Assembly: GCA_043780475.1 (NCBI GenBank)
Contig: JAYWCO010000451.1
Location: 1 to 34,436, forward strand
Direction: 5' to 3'
From: Burkholderiales bacterium
GTDB lineage: Bacteria; Pseudomonadota; Gammaproteobacteria; Burkholderiales; Usitatibacteraceae
DNA: 34,436 nucleotides
Positions 34,316-34,436 of the stretch are shown here, one piece after another. The translations under genes and the position numbers were made by a program. A model generated the notes under the pieces. The model was not told the origin of the DNA and made no database searches. It was given only the letters and a program-made list of their open reading frames with translations. How positions within the stretch are numbered: the first letter of the stretch is position 1; the number at the start of each line of letters is the position of its first letter.

Positions 34316-34436
34316 CCTTCGATTTCACGCCTCAGCTCAATCTATAGGATGAGCAATTCCGCAGGGATACTCACGTGCCGCATCACGTGGCGTCGCTGTC
34401 TTTTCCATGGTCGATGAAAAGCTGCGCAACAGATAC

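Overview
This is a mosaic 34.4-kb chromosomal segment with a beta-proteobacterial (Burkholderiales-like) gene order; the taxon is inference only. (1) 1-5643, minus strand: the conserved envelope/sigma-54 block lptC-lptA-lptB-rpoN-hpf-ptsN-hprK, with hprK running off the left edge. (2) 5696-12475: a tightly coupled T2SS/type-IV-filament-like assembly module. A lone pseudopilin (minus) diverges from gspK-like, L-like, M-like and C/PilP-like genes and a lipoprotein secretin. The window holds no ATPase, platform protein, major pseudopilin or prepilin peptidase, and a sigma-54-type promoter candidate faces the pseudopilin. (3) 12477-14654: a DsbD-family disulfide reductase, tail-to-tail with the secretin. 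(4) 14842-14915: a degenerate tRNA-Thr(UGU) whose 3' 50 nt are intact. It marks the edge of a roughly 13.5-kb compositionally patchy accessory zone (14.9-28.4 kb). That zone holds decayed non-coding DNA, a DUF1800/DUF1501 pair, an MFS gene stump and a perfect 40-bp tandem duplication. It also holds a divergent five-gene module: two paralogous small secreted peptides, a beta-barrel OMP and a FecR-domain protein, facing a CHASE2 sensor with no recognisable output domain. Inverted repeats of about 95-130 bp lie 10 kb apart and bracket most of the zone. Also present are a perfect palindrome with 41-bp arms, an IS91/ISCR-family transposase stump with an oriIS-like end, a very GC-rich collagen-like (Gly-X-Y) secreted protein gene, and Crp/Fnr-like and GAF gene stumps. 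(5) 28455-34116: the SOS mutagenesis cassette imuA-imuB-dnaE2 with a canonical LexA box, followed by a CHAT-domain gene stump. I saw no rRNA, intact tRNA, CRISPR array, intact transposase/integrase or recognisable defence genes. All family calls rest on motifs read by eye from the translations; no database or HMM search was possible.
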